From contig JAJDYE010000037.1 of the NCBI GenBank assembly GCA_022822905.1, forward strand, positions 38,859 to 102,858: a DNA stretch of 64,000 nucleotides. Reading direction: 5' to 3'. Origin of the DNA: Acidimicrobiia bacterium (GTDB lineage Bacteria > Actinomycetota > Acidimicrobiia > Acidimicrobiales > Bin134). The notes under the pieces are model-generated. The model had not been told where the DNA came from. It saw nothing but the letters and a program-made list of their open reading frames with translations, and did no database searches. Below are positions 26,917 through 35,458 of this stretch, piece after piece; the first letter of the stretch is position 1, and each line of letters starts with the position of its first letter. Both the position numbers and the translations under genes were made by a program.

Positions 26917-27228
26917 TCACAAGCGTCTTCGGGCGTAGTGGCGGATCGCTCTTACCGCTAACCATATTGCACAGCAAATTCCTAGTCCGCCTAAAACCCA
27001 CCACATCACGGCTAGGCCGCGCATCACTTCAGGCCCGTCTCCTAGATTCAGGATATGGGGATCGACGAATCTGCTGATGACGTAAAACCAGATTGCCACA
27101 AGACCCCACGTCAGCCAGCTTGGCAAAGCCGACTTCGATAACAGTTTGGACCCTGTAGCTCCGGGTTTTTCTGTGGCACCAGAGTCGGTATTGTCGTGGG
27201 GGTGTGGTGGGGGGTTGTGTTCGTCCAT
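26917..27228 (-). CDS. small membrane protein, paralog D (N-terminal MDEHNPPPH)
   Basis: Shares the N-terminal HNPPPH..DNT motif and start hairpin with A and B. Has two hydrophobic segments. Confidence 0.6.
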   Translation of the reverse strand: MDEHNPPPHPHDNTDSGATEKPGATGSKLLSKSALPSWLTWGLVAIWFYVISRFVDPHILNLGDGPEVMRGLAVMWWVLGGLGICCAIWLAVRAIRHYARRRL

Positions 27229-27246
27229 AGCCCCCCACCATACACC
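27201..27246 (-). promoter_or_regulatory. conserved start-region hairpin or palindrome (copy D)
   Basis: ggtgtggtgggggg (27201-14) / ccccccaccatacacc (27231-46). Confidence 0.7.
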
Positions 27247-28077
27247 TCGGTTCGGGCCAGGGCCTCCACGTCGCTCCTAGAGCCCGCTGGGGCCGGTTAG
27301 GGCCTCCCTAGTCGATTGAGTCCAGGGGGGGTGCCTGAGGTTGGGGTCAAACCCCGTAACTCGCCGCTGAGAGGCCGAGAATGGGGGGATTTGGGGTCGA
27401 TCTGGGGCGGCGAGCCCTCAGCGGCCCGTTGGCCGGCGAGGCCCTGGGCGAGTGTGCGGGCCGGTGGCGGGGGGTCAGCGCACCGGGCATGCGGTCAAGT
27501 CAGCTCGGCCTGTTGTGGTCTCTGGCGTGGGGGGCTACCGAGTCGATGCGGCGGCGGACTTGGACCTTCTGCATTTCGGCATCAGCGGCGATAGCGCCTA
27601 TTCGGCCATGAGCCAGCAAATCTCCTCCTCCCACTTCGCGAGTAGGGAGCGCATCCCGGCTATGCGGTTCATTCTGTCGTGGAGCGCATCCAGTGGGTGT
27701 TCGTCATCCCACAAGCACGGACTCATACTCGGGCAGCATATAGTGGCCATTCTACGGGGTACGGCGGTATCCCTGTTCGATGGGGTCAGGCCGCTTTGCA
27801 GCGGCGGTGGCGATCGCGCCAGCGGCGGGCTATCACGTCGTCTGGCAAGCGGTGGGGCCGCTCGAACTCGATCACCTCGTGGGGGTACCACATGGCCGCG
27901 GCCCGCAAGCCCGGCGACTTGGCCCGCCCCCGGTCGCCGGGCGGGTAGAAGCGCGGGCCGCTCACCGCGGCCTTTCGGGCTGGGGCTTGCGGCGGTGCTC
28001 GGCGACGGCCTCGACGCGGGTGCCGTCGTCCAGCTCGAGCAAAGGCACAGCATTTCTTCGGGCGGCAAGCCGTTTCC

Positions 28078-29109
28078 ATGATTTGGGACTTCGCGGAGGC
28101 GAATCCGTTTTTCACTTCCACTGGAAGTTTGGAGACTGCCTTTTCCATTGTTGCCGATGTGCTCCAATCCCTGCCTTCTCTTGTTCACATCGCTGGAAGG
28201 GCAAGCGAACTAGATGCCACTGCGGCTGCTCGGAAGGTGGTCATGGTGTCGACGGATCCGCCGTATTACGACAATATCGGCTATGCGGATTTGTCGGATT
28301 TCTTCTATGTGTGGCTGCGACGCACGGTGGGTGGGGTGTTCCCGGATGTGTGCTCGACGCTTCTGGCGCCCAAGGCGCAGGAGTTGATCGCGGCGTCGTA
28401 CCGTCACGGCGGCGACAGGGATGCGGCCGAGGAGTTCTTCGAGGGCGACCTCCAGAAGGCCCACATCGCGCCGGTGGATGTGGCGCAGGCCGCCATCGGG
28501 CCGGGCATGGCGGTTTTCTCCCGGTACAGCCGGGTGATCGAGGCCGACGGCGCACAGGTGGGGGTGCGGGCCGCGCTGTCTGCCGTCAACCGGGTGCTCG
28601 ACGAGACCCTGGAGGAAACTGGGGCCGAGTTGGACTCCGACACCCGCTGGGCGCTCACCTGGCACGCCCAGCATGGCTTCGAGTCCGGCGACTACGGCTC
28701 AGCCGAGCAGCTCTCCAAATCCCGCAACACCTCAGTGGAGGGCCTCGTGTCGGCCGGCATTGTCGAGTCCCGGGCCGGCCGAGTCCGCCTCATACCCCGC
28801 CATGAGTTCGACGAGGACTGGTCTCCCGCCCAAGACGAGCGCCTCACCGTCTGGGAGATCACCAACCACCTCGCCCGCAAACTCGAAACCCGAGGCGAAC
28901 AAGCCGCCGCCCGACTCCTCGCCCAGGTCGGCGGACTCGCCGACGCGGCCCGACTCCTCGCCTACCGTCTCCACCACATTTGCGACCGCAACGGATGGGC
29001 CGCCGACGCCCTCGCCTACAACAGCCTCGCCGCCGCCTGGCCCGACCTCACCCAACAAGCCCACCAACCCCCCACCGAAGACCAGGCCAACCTCGCCCTA
29101 ATTGCCTGA
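28078..29109 (+). pseudogene. C-terminal fragment of a DPPY-motif DNA methyltransferase (resembles DUF1156-family methylases of anti-phage loci)
   Basis: VMVSTDPPYYDNIGYADLSDFFYVWLRR is motif IV of amino-methyltransferases. No AdoMet-binding motif I or N-terminal domain is found upstream in any frame. Confidence 0.55.
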
Positions 29110-29181
29110 TTCGGCGTGCAGCCCGTCTAGCGCCTCGAAATTGCCCGATGGCTGCGCGGCCCGCAGGGCTGGCTGAGGCGG

Positions 29182-29397
29182 TTAGCGGTTCAGCCACTCC
29201 TCCCGTGTGTAACCTGCTTGCTTGAGCAATCGAAGCAGGAACGGGCCGGCAATCTCACTGTCGTTGGGGATGACTTGTCTGTGGGTGCCCTTGATCATGT
29301 ACTCGTGATTGCCTCCTGACCGTGGTCCTATCCATCCGCGTTCGGTCAAGAACCTGATGAGTTCGCGGCGGGTGGTTGGAGGGACCCGCCTGCTCAT
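29182..29397 (-). CDS. hicA: type II toxin HicA-family mRNA interferase
   Basis: MSRRVPPTTRRELIRFLTERGW...GGNHEYMIKG..RQVIPNDSEIAGPFLLRLLKQAGYT matches the HicA/YcfA pattern. ATGA overlap with the upstream partner. Confidence 0.75.
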   Translation of the reverse strand: MSRRVPPTTRRELIRFLTERGWIGPRSGGNHEYMIKGTHRQVIPNDSEIAGPFLLRLLKQAGYTREEWLNR

Positions 29398-29666
29398 GTA
29401 GGCGCAGCGACAAGCCCGTTGTGAAACGTGGGTATCGGCTGCCCGATCTGCTGGCCGAGTTCGACCCATCCGTAGAGCACCTGTCGAAGTTTGCCGCGGG
29501 CCTCGTCGGGAGTGGAGCCAAAGGCGGATGCACCCTGGCACTCAGGGTTCTCGGCCCACCATCCCACGAGGACTCCATCATCATCTCGTACCTCTTCGGT
29601 GGACGCCCCCGCAAGGGCAGCATCCAACCAGCACTCAAGCGGAAGCTGGGCCGTGGGCTGTGACAT
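29394..29666 (-). CDS. hicB: type II antitoxin HicB-family
   Basis: 90 aa with ..GWWAENPECQGASAFGSTPDEARGKLRQVLYGWVEL..GQPIP, a HicB/UPF0150-like fold signature. Confidence 0.65.
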   Translation of the reverse strand: MSQPTAQLPLECWLDAALAGASTEEVRDDDGVLVGWWAENPECQGASAFGSTPDEARGKLRQVLYGWVELGQQIGQPIPTFHNGLVAAPT

Positions 29667-29737
29667 GCCTGCACTGTAACACCGACAATCGGCTTTCACC
29701 CCGACACGCACCGTCGCCGATCTCCCACAAGGCGGCT

Positions 29738-30193
29738 TGAGAATTCCCCCTTTTCGTGGAGACATGCTCTGCAAGGAGAGGAGCAATGTGAGGTTCCCCC
29801 TGTTGTCCGGTCATTTGGTTTGTGCGGCTTGTTCTAGTGGTTGTCGGTGGTGGTCCTCCCATTCTGTGGGGGTCAGGTAGTCGAGGGCAGAGTGGATTCC
29901 CCGGCTGTTGTAGCGGCCGGTCCAGGAGAAGATCTCCTGGCGAGCGTGGTCTCGGGTCGCGAACCGGGTCTGTGCGGAGGACTCTCGCTTCAGCGATGAG
30001 AAGAACGGCTCGACGACGCTGTTGTCCCAGAGGTTGCCGGCCCGCCCCGCGGATTGGCGCATCCGGTTGCGGGCCAGCGCCGAGGCGGAGTCCCTGGAGA
30101 GGTATCGCGGGCCGCGGTCGGAGTGGAATATCGCCTCGGTGGTGCGGAGACCTCTGGACGCGGCGGCTGTGTGCAGGACGTCGGCGACAGCCC
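29738..30193 (-). mobile_element. IS3-family insertion sequence, 3' remnant only (transposase C-terminal fragment plus terminal inverted repeat)
   Basis: Frame 29811..30191 reads ..EAIFHSDRGPRYLS...NLWDNSVVEPFFSSLKRE...YNSRGIHSALDYLTPTEWE (DDE/rve core tail). The terminal sequence TGAGAATTCCCCC...GGAGAC at 29738-29767 looks like an IS3-type IR. Confidence 0.75.
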
Positions 30194-30688
30194 GGTGCCC
30201 TTGTCGCCCTTCGGGTTGTCCACATCGCGGGTCTTCGGCGTGTACGTGTAGTAGTCGGGGTTGCCGTCGCCGTCGTTGTCCGGGCCGGGCGTGTTGCCGT
30301 ACACGCATGTGCTGGCCTGCCCGTCCGAGTCGGTGGCAGGCCAGTTCCCGTCGGCCGACGAGCGCGACTCCTCCACCGGCTCGGGAGTGCTGCCATCGGG
30401 GATTCCAGTGGCGTCTTTGCGGTCGTCGAGCTTTTCCTCCTCGCCGGGCCTGTTGCCGGGGTTGGTGGTCGTCGGGTCCGGGTTCTTGTTGTCCTTGTTG
30501 CTCGGCATCAACCTCAGGGACCAGGGCCGGCTGCCGCTGTCGGGTGCGAGCAGCGGATCGGGGCGGGGTTTGGCGTCGGCGTCTTCCTCCGTGTCCAGCT
30601 TTGACGGCAGCAGGTCGCCGCGCAGGATCAGCCCCGAGGTGAGCATCGCCATGGCGGCGAGCCGGGCGACGCGGCTTCTGGTCAGCAT
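30194..30688 (-). pseudogene. N-terminal fragment of a secreted protein (Asp-rich DNDGDGNPD calcium-binding-like motif), truncated by the IS3 remnant
   Basis: Signal peptide MLTRSRVARLAAMAMLTSGLIL. Protein-like sequence ends at ..NPKGDKGTG, exactly where transposase homology begins in another frame. Confidence 0.55.
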
Positions 30689-31158
30689 ATGACGAGGGTG
30701 TCGCCGGGGATGTCGGGGAACAGCAGATCGGGTCGGGCTATCGGGTGGCCGTTATCGGGGTGCTCGGCTATCTCAGCGATCGTGCGGCCAACCTGGGTGA
30801 GCGCATCCCGCTCGCCGCACCGCCCGTAGTCGGCCCAGTTGGCCTCCCACCGGCTGCGCCAGTCGTAGTCCTGGGCGCACTGGGCTCCGATGCTGAGCTT
30901 CAGCATGGGCACCATCGCCCGGCCCATCTCGTTGCACCGCGAGTCCCAGGCCAGCTCAGGGCGCCCCATGTCCAACACGCTGGAGCACGTCTCGGCCCAG
31001 CCGGTCCACACGCTGTAGGGGGTGATCTCCCAGCCGCCCAACCCGCCGTGCAAAAAGACCCGCTCGACGGCCTCCCACACGCACTGCGGGTCGCCGCCGA
31101 GATAGTCGACCCCGTACTCGGCGTGCATCCACACCGCCCAGCACCGCGACACCGGCAT
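30682..31158 (-). CDS. Cys/Trp-rich hypothetical protein (possibly N-terminally truncated)
   Basis: 158 aa: MPVSRCWAVWMHAEYGVDYLGGDPQCVWEAVE...RCNEMG...QCAQDYDWRSRWEANWADYGRCGERD. Seven-nt ATGCTGA overlap with the downstream gene. Confidence 0.45.
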   Translation of the reverse strand: MPVSRCWAVWMHAEYGVDYLGGDPQCVWEAVERVFLHGGLGGWEITPYSVWTGWAETCSSVLDMGRPELAWDSRCNEMGRAMVPMLKLSIGAQCAQDYDWRSRWEANWADYGRCGERDALTQVGRTIAEIAEHPDNGHPIARPDLLFPDIPGDTLVIC

Positions 31159-31486
31159 GTATGTGCTCAACGCCGGGTTCGATCCGGTCACCGGCAGCCA
31201 CATCGCGGGAATGCTGGCCGACAGGGAGCGGGAGATGTGGCGCGCCGAAGACCCCAAAGCAAGGCGCACCCACTCCCAGCGCGCCGCGGATGCGCTGGCC
31301 GAGCTCATCTTGCATCCCGACAAGGGCAAAGCCGCCGGCGTCGCGCTGGTGCTGGTGGCCGACTACGACACCACCCGCAGGGAATTGGCCAATGCCCGCA
31401 TCTCAGACGGCACACCGCTTCCAGCGAGTGAACTGGTCAAGCTGGCGAGACTGCGGGTGCCCACCCGATCAATAGTGCCAGCGTAA
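31157..31486 (+). pseudogene. internal fragment of a DUF222/HNH-endonuclease (REP13E12-like) gene
   Basis: ..DREREMWRAEDPKARRTHSQRAADALAELIL... resembles the central DUF222 region. No N-terminus or HNH domain is present. Confidence 0.5.
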
Positions 31487-31487
31487 A

Positions 31488-31958
31488 TCAGCCCACCAGG
31501 ATGTTGTCGGGCCGGGGAGTGCCCTGGGCTTCGAGCATGAAGTAATAGCCCATCAGCACGGTCTGGCCGTCGGTGATGCTCTCGATGTTGCCGTCGGCAT
31601 CCATGTTGAGATTGGCACCCCAGATGGCGAAGAACACCTCAGTGGTCTCGGTGTTGTCGTCGGGGGTGTAGAGGGTGTGAACGGAGCCGGCCGGCTCATA
31701 GAGGAACGAGCCGGCCCGGTTCAGAAAGTCGCTCTCTTTGTAGCCCCAGGCTCCAGCACTGGTGTAGGCAAACACTTGACCGGTGTGCTTGTGGGTCTGC
31801 ACCGAGAAGCCCGGTGGGAACTGGTTCTTGATAACCCAAAGCCCCTCGCTCTCCTTGATTTGGAGCACCTTGAGGCCGATGCCGTCTTCGCCGTAGGCCC
31901 AGGGGAGGTCGTCTTCCCCGATGTGCTGGGCGGTGGGGGCAACCATCATGTCAAGCAT
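31488..31958 (-). CDS. cupin, 2,4'-dihydroxyacetophenone dioxygenase-family protein
   Basis: ..FPPGFSVQTHKHTGQVFAYTSAGAWGYKE...GSFLYEPAGSVHTL.. is the cupin metal motif pattern of this family. Confidence 0.7.
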   Translation of the reverse strand: MLDMMVAPTAQHIGEDDLPWAYGEDGIGLKVLQIKESEGLWVIKNQFPPGFSVQTHKHTGQVFAYTSAGAWGYKESDFLNRAGSFLYEPAGSVHTLYTPDDNTETTEVFFAIWGANLNMDADGNIESITDGQTVLMGYYFMLEAQGTPRPDNILVG

Positions 31959-31999
31959 GGGGGAATCTTACGCCCCTGTCTGACCAACAGCCCGAGCGG

Positions 32000-32698
32000 C
32001 TAGTCGATCTCGGTGCGGTTGAGGCGCCAGGAGGTGTAGAGGAGTCCGGCCACGCCGACAGCCAGCGGCACGATATACGACGCCAGCGTGGAGCGGTCGG
32101 CCAGCCGCATGCTCACGTCGGTGGCGTCGGACAGGATGCTCATGGGATAGCTGCGAATGGAGAGGCGGGCAAACCAGTCGCCCAGCCGCGACATCAGCAA
32201 CTCCCAGATGGCGATGTAGCCCAGCCCGATAAGCAGGGATCGTTTGAACCGCAGACCTAAGGCCAAGAAGATCCCCGAGTAGGCGAACACTGCCAGCGCG
32301 GTGGCCACCGCAGTTGCCGCCACCAAGTCGTCGACCCCGGTGACAACCGCAGCCACGGTCATGACCACCACCAAGATCGGCGCCACCACGGTCAACACTG
32401 CGGCCATGGCTGCGGTGGCGATCGAATGGCGGCTGACGGGGCGTAGCCACAGATACACCAGGGTGCGGTCTTCCACCAGATTGCCGAGCGCGGCTGAGCC
32501 CAGCGACAAGGCGATGAAGGCGGCGAAGATATTGATGCCGAAGTTGGCGATGGTCTGGGTGGCGACTTCTACCGTGTCGTCGGCTGCTCTGGCGATAAAG
32601 GCCAGCAGAATGGCCACGCCGCTCAGCCCGGCCAAAACCAGCAACCGGGCCGGGCTCAGCTGAGTGCGGAGGATAACCCGATACACCGCGAGGTTCAC
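32000..32698 (-). CDS. ABC-2 type transporter permease
   Basis: 232 aa with six hydrophobic segments, downstream of an ABC ATPase gene. Confidence 0.7.
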   Translation of the reverse strand: MNLAVYRVILRTQLSPARLLVLAGLSGVAILLAFIARAADDTVEVATQTIANFGINIFAAFIALSLGSAALGNLVEDRTLVYLWLRPVSRHSIATAAMAAVLTVVAPILVVVMTVAAVVTGVDDLVAATAVATALAVFAYSGIFLALGLRFKRSLLIGLGYIAIWELLMSRLGDWFARLSIRSYPMSILSDATDVSMRLADRSTLASYIVPLAVGVAGLLYTSWRLNRTEID

Positions 32699-32740
32699 TG
32701 TTTCTCCCGATGCGTTGTCACTGGGTCTCCCGATGCGTGT

Positions 32741-33676
32741 TCACTGGGTCACCAAGTAGCGGAAGACGCTTTCCAAGTCGTCGTCGAGCGGGCGCAATTC
32801 CAGCAGCGAGACGTTCCGGTCACGGGCGACAGGAGCTACCGCCCGGCGAAACGCGGCAGGGTCTGTGGTGTCCACCACCACAAGGTCGGTGTTCTCCAAG
32901 CGGCATCCCGAGATGACGCCCCGGTCCAGCAGGGCAATGGCCAGCTCTCGGGGCTGATCGGTGCGGATGCTGATCCGCAATGGCCGATCGTCCATTAGGT
33001 TGCGGATTTCGCGGAAGTCCCCCTCGGCGGCCAGCCGCCCCTGAGCCATCACCAGCACCCGGGAGCCGAATCGCTCCACCTCGTCGAGCACATGGCTGGA
33101 CACGATCACGCACTTGCCCTCCGACCCCAGCCGGTGGAAGAGCTCGATCATCTCCCGCCGCTGTCGGGGATCGAGCCCGGTGAGGGGCTCGTCGAGGGCA
33201 ATCACCAGGGGATCGTGGACAATGGCCTGGGCCAGCTTGATGCGCTGGCGCATCCCCTTTGAATAGGTGGAGAGCCGGCGGGTGTCGTCAGGATCGAGTT
33301 CAACGGTCTGAATGGCCTGGCGGGCGGCATCGCCAGGGCATTGGAGGTGATGCAGCTGGGCGGCCAGCTCTACGAACTCCCGGCCGCTCAGGTGATCGAG
33401 CAGCGACTCCTGCTGGGGGGCCATGCCGATGCGGCCCAGCACGGATACATCGGATCGGGGATCCTTGCCCAGCACGGTCACCGACCCATTTGAGGGCCTG
33501 GCCAAGCCGCACATCATCCGCAGCATGGTGGACTTCCCCGCTCCGTTGGGCCCCAGCAGGGCAGTTACCCCGGCGCCGATGCTGAAACTCACATCCGACA
33601 CCGCCACCAGGTCGCCGAACCACTTAGACGCACCAGCCGCCTGCACCATGGGCGGCGGTCCCGCTTGGGTGCTCAT
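32741..33676 (-). CDS. ABC transporter ATP-binding protein
   Basis: Walker A GPNGAGKST, signature YSKGMRQRIKLAQA and Walker B IALDEP. The ATG at 33676 forms an ATGA overlap with the upstream permease. Confidence 0.88.
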   Translation of the reverse strand: MSTQAGPPPMVQAAGASKWFGDLVAVSDVSFSIGAGVTALLGPNGAGKSTMLRMMCGLARPSNGSVTVLGKDPRSDVSVLGRIGMAPQQESLLDHLSGREFVELAAQLHHLQCPGDAARQAIQTVELDPDDTRRLSTYSKGMRQRIKLAQAIVHDPLVIALDEPLTGLDPRQRREMIELFHRLGSEGKCVIVSSHVLDEVERFGSRVLVMAQGRLAAEGDFREIRNLMDDRPLRISIRTDQPRELAIALLDRGVISGCRLENTDLVVVDTTDPAAFRRAVAPVARDRNVSLLELRPLDDDLESVFRYLVTQ

Positions 33677-34545
33677 CCGGTGACCTCGATTCGCTGGTAG
33701 CGCCAGCGGGCAAACCACCCGAACACGACGATGAGCCCGAGGAAAGTGAGAAGAATCGGCAGAGTCTCCACATTTCTGATGGGGGGTCCGTCGGGATTGA
33801 CCTCTCCGTAGATGCGGTAGACGGTCTCGATGGGTAGGGCGATCATGTTCAGCAATGCGAACGAGTCGCCCACCTCGGCGCCTTCGGCCAGTCCATCGCC
33901 TACTGCGGCGGATACCAGCAGGCTGACGAAGATGGCCACGCTGGCCAGTGTGCGGCGAGGGGAGAGACTGGAAATGGCCAGCGCCAGCGAGCCCCAGAAG
34001 GCAGCCATGGCCAGGCCTGAGGCCAGCACCCGGCCGAATTCGATCAACCAGTCGATAGCGCCGTCGGGGCCAATGCCTTCCAGAGTGAAGGCGATCAGCA
34101 TCAGCAGCGTCGGCCCGATCGTCATGACGCCCAGCACGGCGATCACGGCAACGAACTTGGAGGCCAGGTAGGTGTCCCGGTTCAAGGGAGAGGCCAGATA
34201 TAGCCCCAGCATGCCGCTGCCGCGGTCGGTGCAGAGAGCCTCGGGGGTCACAAAGGAGGTGAACAAGAACAACACGAAGGAGATGGGCACGTAGTACCCG
34301 GCCGGATCCCCTAGTTCGAAGTCGTTGCTAGCGGGAAGCAGGGCTGCAAGGCCGATGAACACGATGGCCGGCACGAAGGCAACCAGCAGGGCTATGGCTG
34401 GCATGACCTTCTGCCAGTTGGATCGCTTCAGGCCCAGCACCCGCTGCACGGTGTGATAGCTCAAGACCACCATGGCGCGCCCTGGCCCGTGGCGGGGACC
34501 GTCGTAGGCCAAGTAGCCCCGATCGTGGATGCGGGCCTCGGTCAT
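33673..34545 (-). CDS. ABC-2 type transporter permease
   Basis: MTEARIHDRGYLAYDGP... followed by six TM segments. The start was trimmed to the ATG at 34545 (ATGA overlap with the upstream ATPase). Confidence 0.7.
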   Translation of the reverse strand: MTEARIHDRGYLAYDGPRHGPGRAMVVLSYHTVQRVLGLKRSNWQKVMPAIALLVAFVPAIVFIGLAALLPASNDFELGDPAGYYVPISFVLFLFTSFVTPEALCTDRGSGMLGLYLASPLNRDTYLASKFVAVIAVLGVMTIGPTLLMLIAFTLEGIGPDGAIDWLIEFGRVLASGLAMAAFWGSLALAISSLSPRRTLASVAIFVSLLVSAAVGDGLAEGAEVGDSFALLNMIALPIETVYRIYGEVNPDGPPIRNVETLPILLTFLGLIVVFGWFARWRYQRIEVTG

Positions 34546-35447
34546 CGGGAGGCCTCGATAAACACGTCTTCCAGGGTGGTCCGGCGAGGCTCCAGACGGC
34601 GCAGGCCCAAGCCCAGATCGGCCACAAGGTCCCGAACCAGATCGCCGATCTCGTCGACACCAGTCACGGTGAGGATATGCCCGTCGATGGTTGCCTGCGC
34701 GCCTCGGGCCGCCAGTGCACTGGCCAGAGGCTGGGGATCGGAGTCCAACTCCACCTTCACCCCTGATGCGGCCGACCCGAGGCCGTCGAGGGCGCTGCTG
34801 TGGCCCACTACGCCGTTGGCCAGGATGACAACCGAGTCGCACACCCGTTCCACTTCCTCCAGCAGGTGCGACGACAGCAGGATGTCGATGCCGAATTCGC
34901 TGCCCACTCGGCGGATGAGGGCCAGCATGTCGTCGCGCTGCACTGGATCGAGGCCGTCGGTGGGCTCGTCGAGCAGTAACAGGTCGGGGTCGTGGGCGAT
35001 GGCCTGAGCCATCTTCACCCGCTGGCGCTGCCCGGTAGACATGGTGCCGATGGGGCGGAACCGCTCTTCCCCTAGGCCCACCTGCCAGAGGGCGTCGCTG
35101 GCCCTCTCGGTGGCCGCCCGTCGGGGCAGCCCGTGGAGTTGGGCGATGTGGCGCACCAAGTCGGCAGCCTGCACGTCGTCAGGCAGATCGTGGTGCTCGG
35201 GGGCATAGCCCAGTCGGGCTCGCAGTTCAGGCCCGCTCTGGTCGGGGTCGACCCCCAGTACGTTGAGCGTGCCGCCCTGGCGGGGGCGCAGTCCCAAGAC
35301 CAGCCCCATGAACGTGCTCTTGCCCGAGCCGTTGGGTCCCAGCAGTCCGGTGATGCCCCGTCCGACATCGCAATCCAGGCCCTGGAGCACGTGGTTCGAC
35401 CCGTAGCTCTTTTGCACTCCTCGGGCGGAGATAACGATGTCGGACAC
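34542..35447 (-). CDS. ABC transporter ATP-binding protein
   Basis: Walker A GPNGSGKST, signature MSTGQRQRVKMAQA and Walker B LLLDEPTDGLD. GTG start at 35447. Confidence 0.88.
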   Translation of the reverse strand: MSDIVISARGVQKSYGSNHVLQGLDCDVGRGITGLLGPNGSGKSTFMGLVLGLRPRQGGTLNVLGVDPDQSGPELRARLGYAPEHHDLPDDVQAADLVRHIAQLHGLPRRAATERASDALWQVGLGEERFRPIGTMSTGQRQRVKMAQAIAHDPDLLLLDEPTDGLDPVQRDDMLALIRRVGSEFGIDILLSSHLLEEVERVCDSVVILANGVVGHSSALDGLGSAASGVKVELDSDPQPLASALAARGAQATIDGHILTVTGVDEIGDLVRDLVADLGLGLRRLEPRRTTLEDVFIEASR

Positions 35448-35458
35448 TGGGCGAAACC

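Noticed and set aside
27598-28188. 196-aa minus-strand ORF and overlapping ORFs (27452..28081+, 27780..28805+).
   Set aside because: The composition is Pro/Arg/Ala-rich junk for most of the length. Only short segments look protein-like, and they lie in different frames. The region is treated as decayed sequence.
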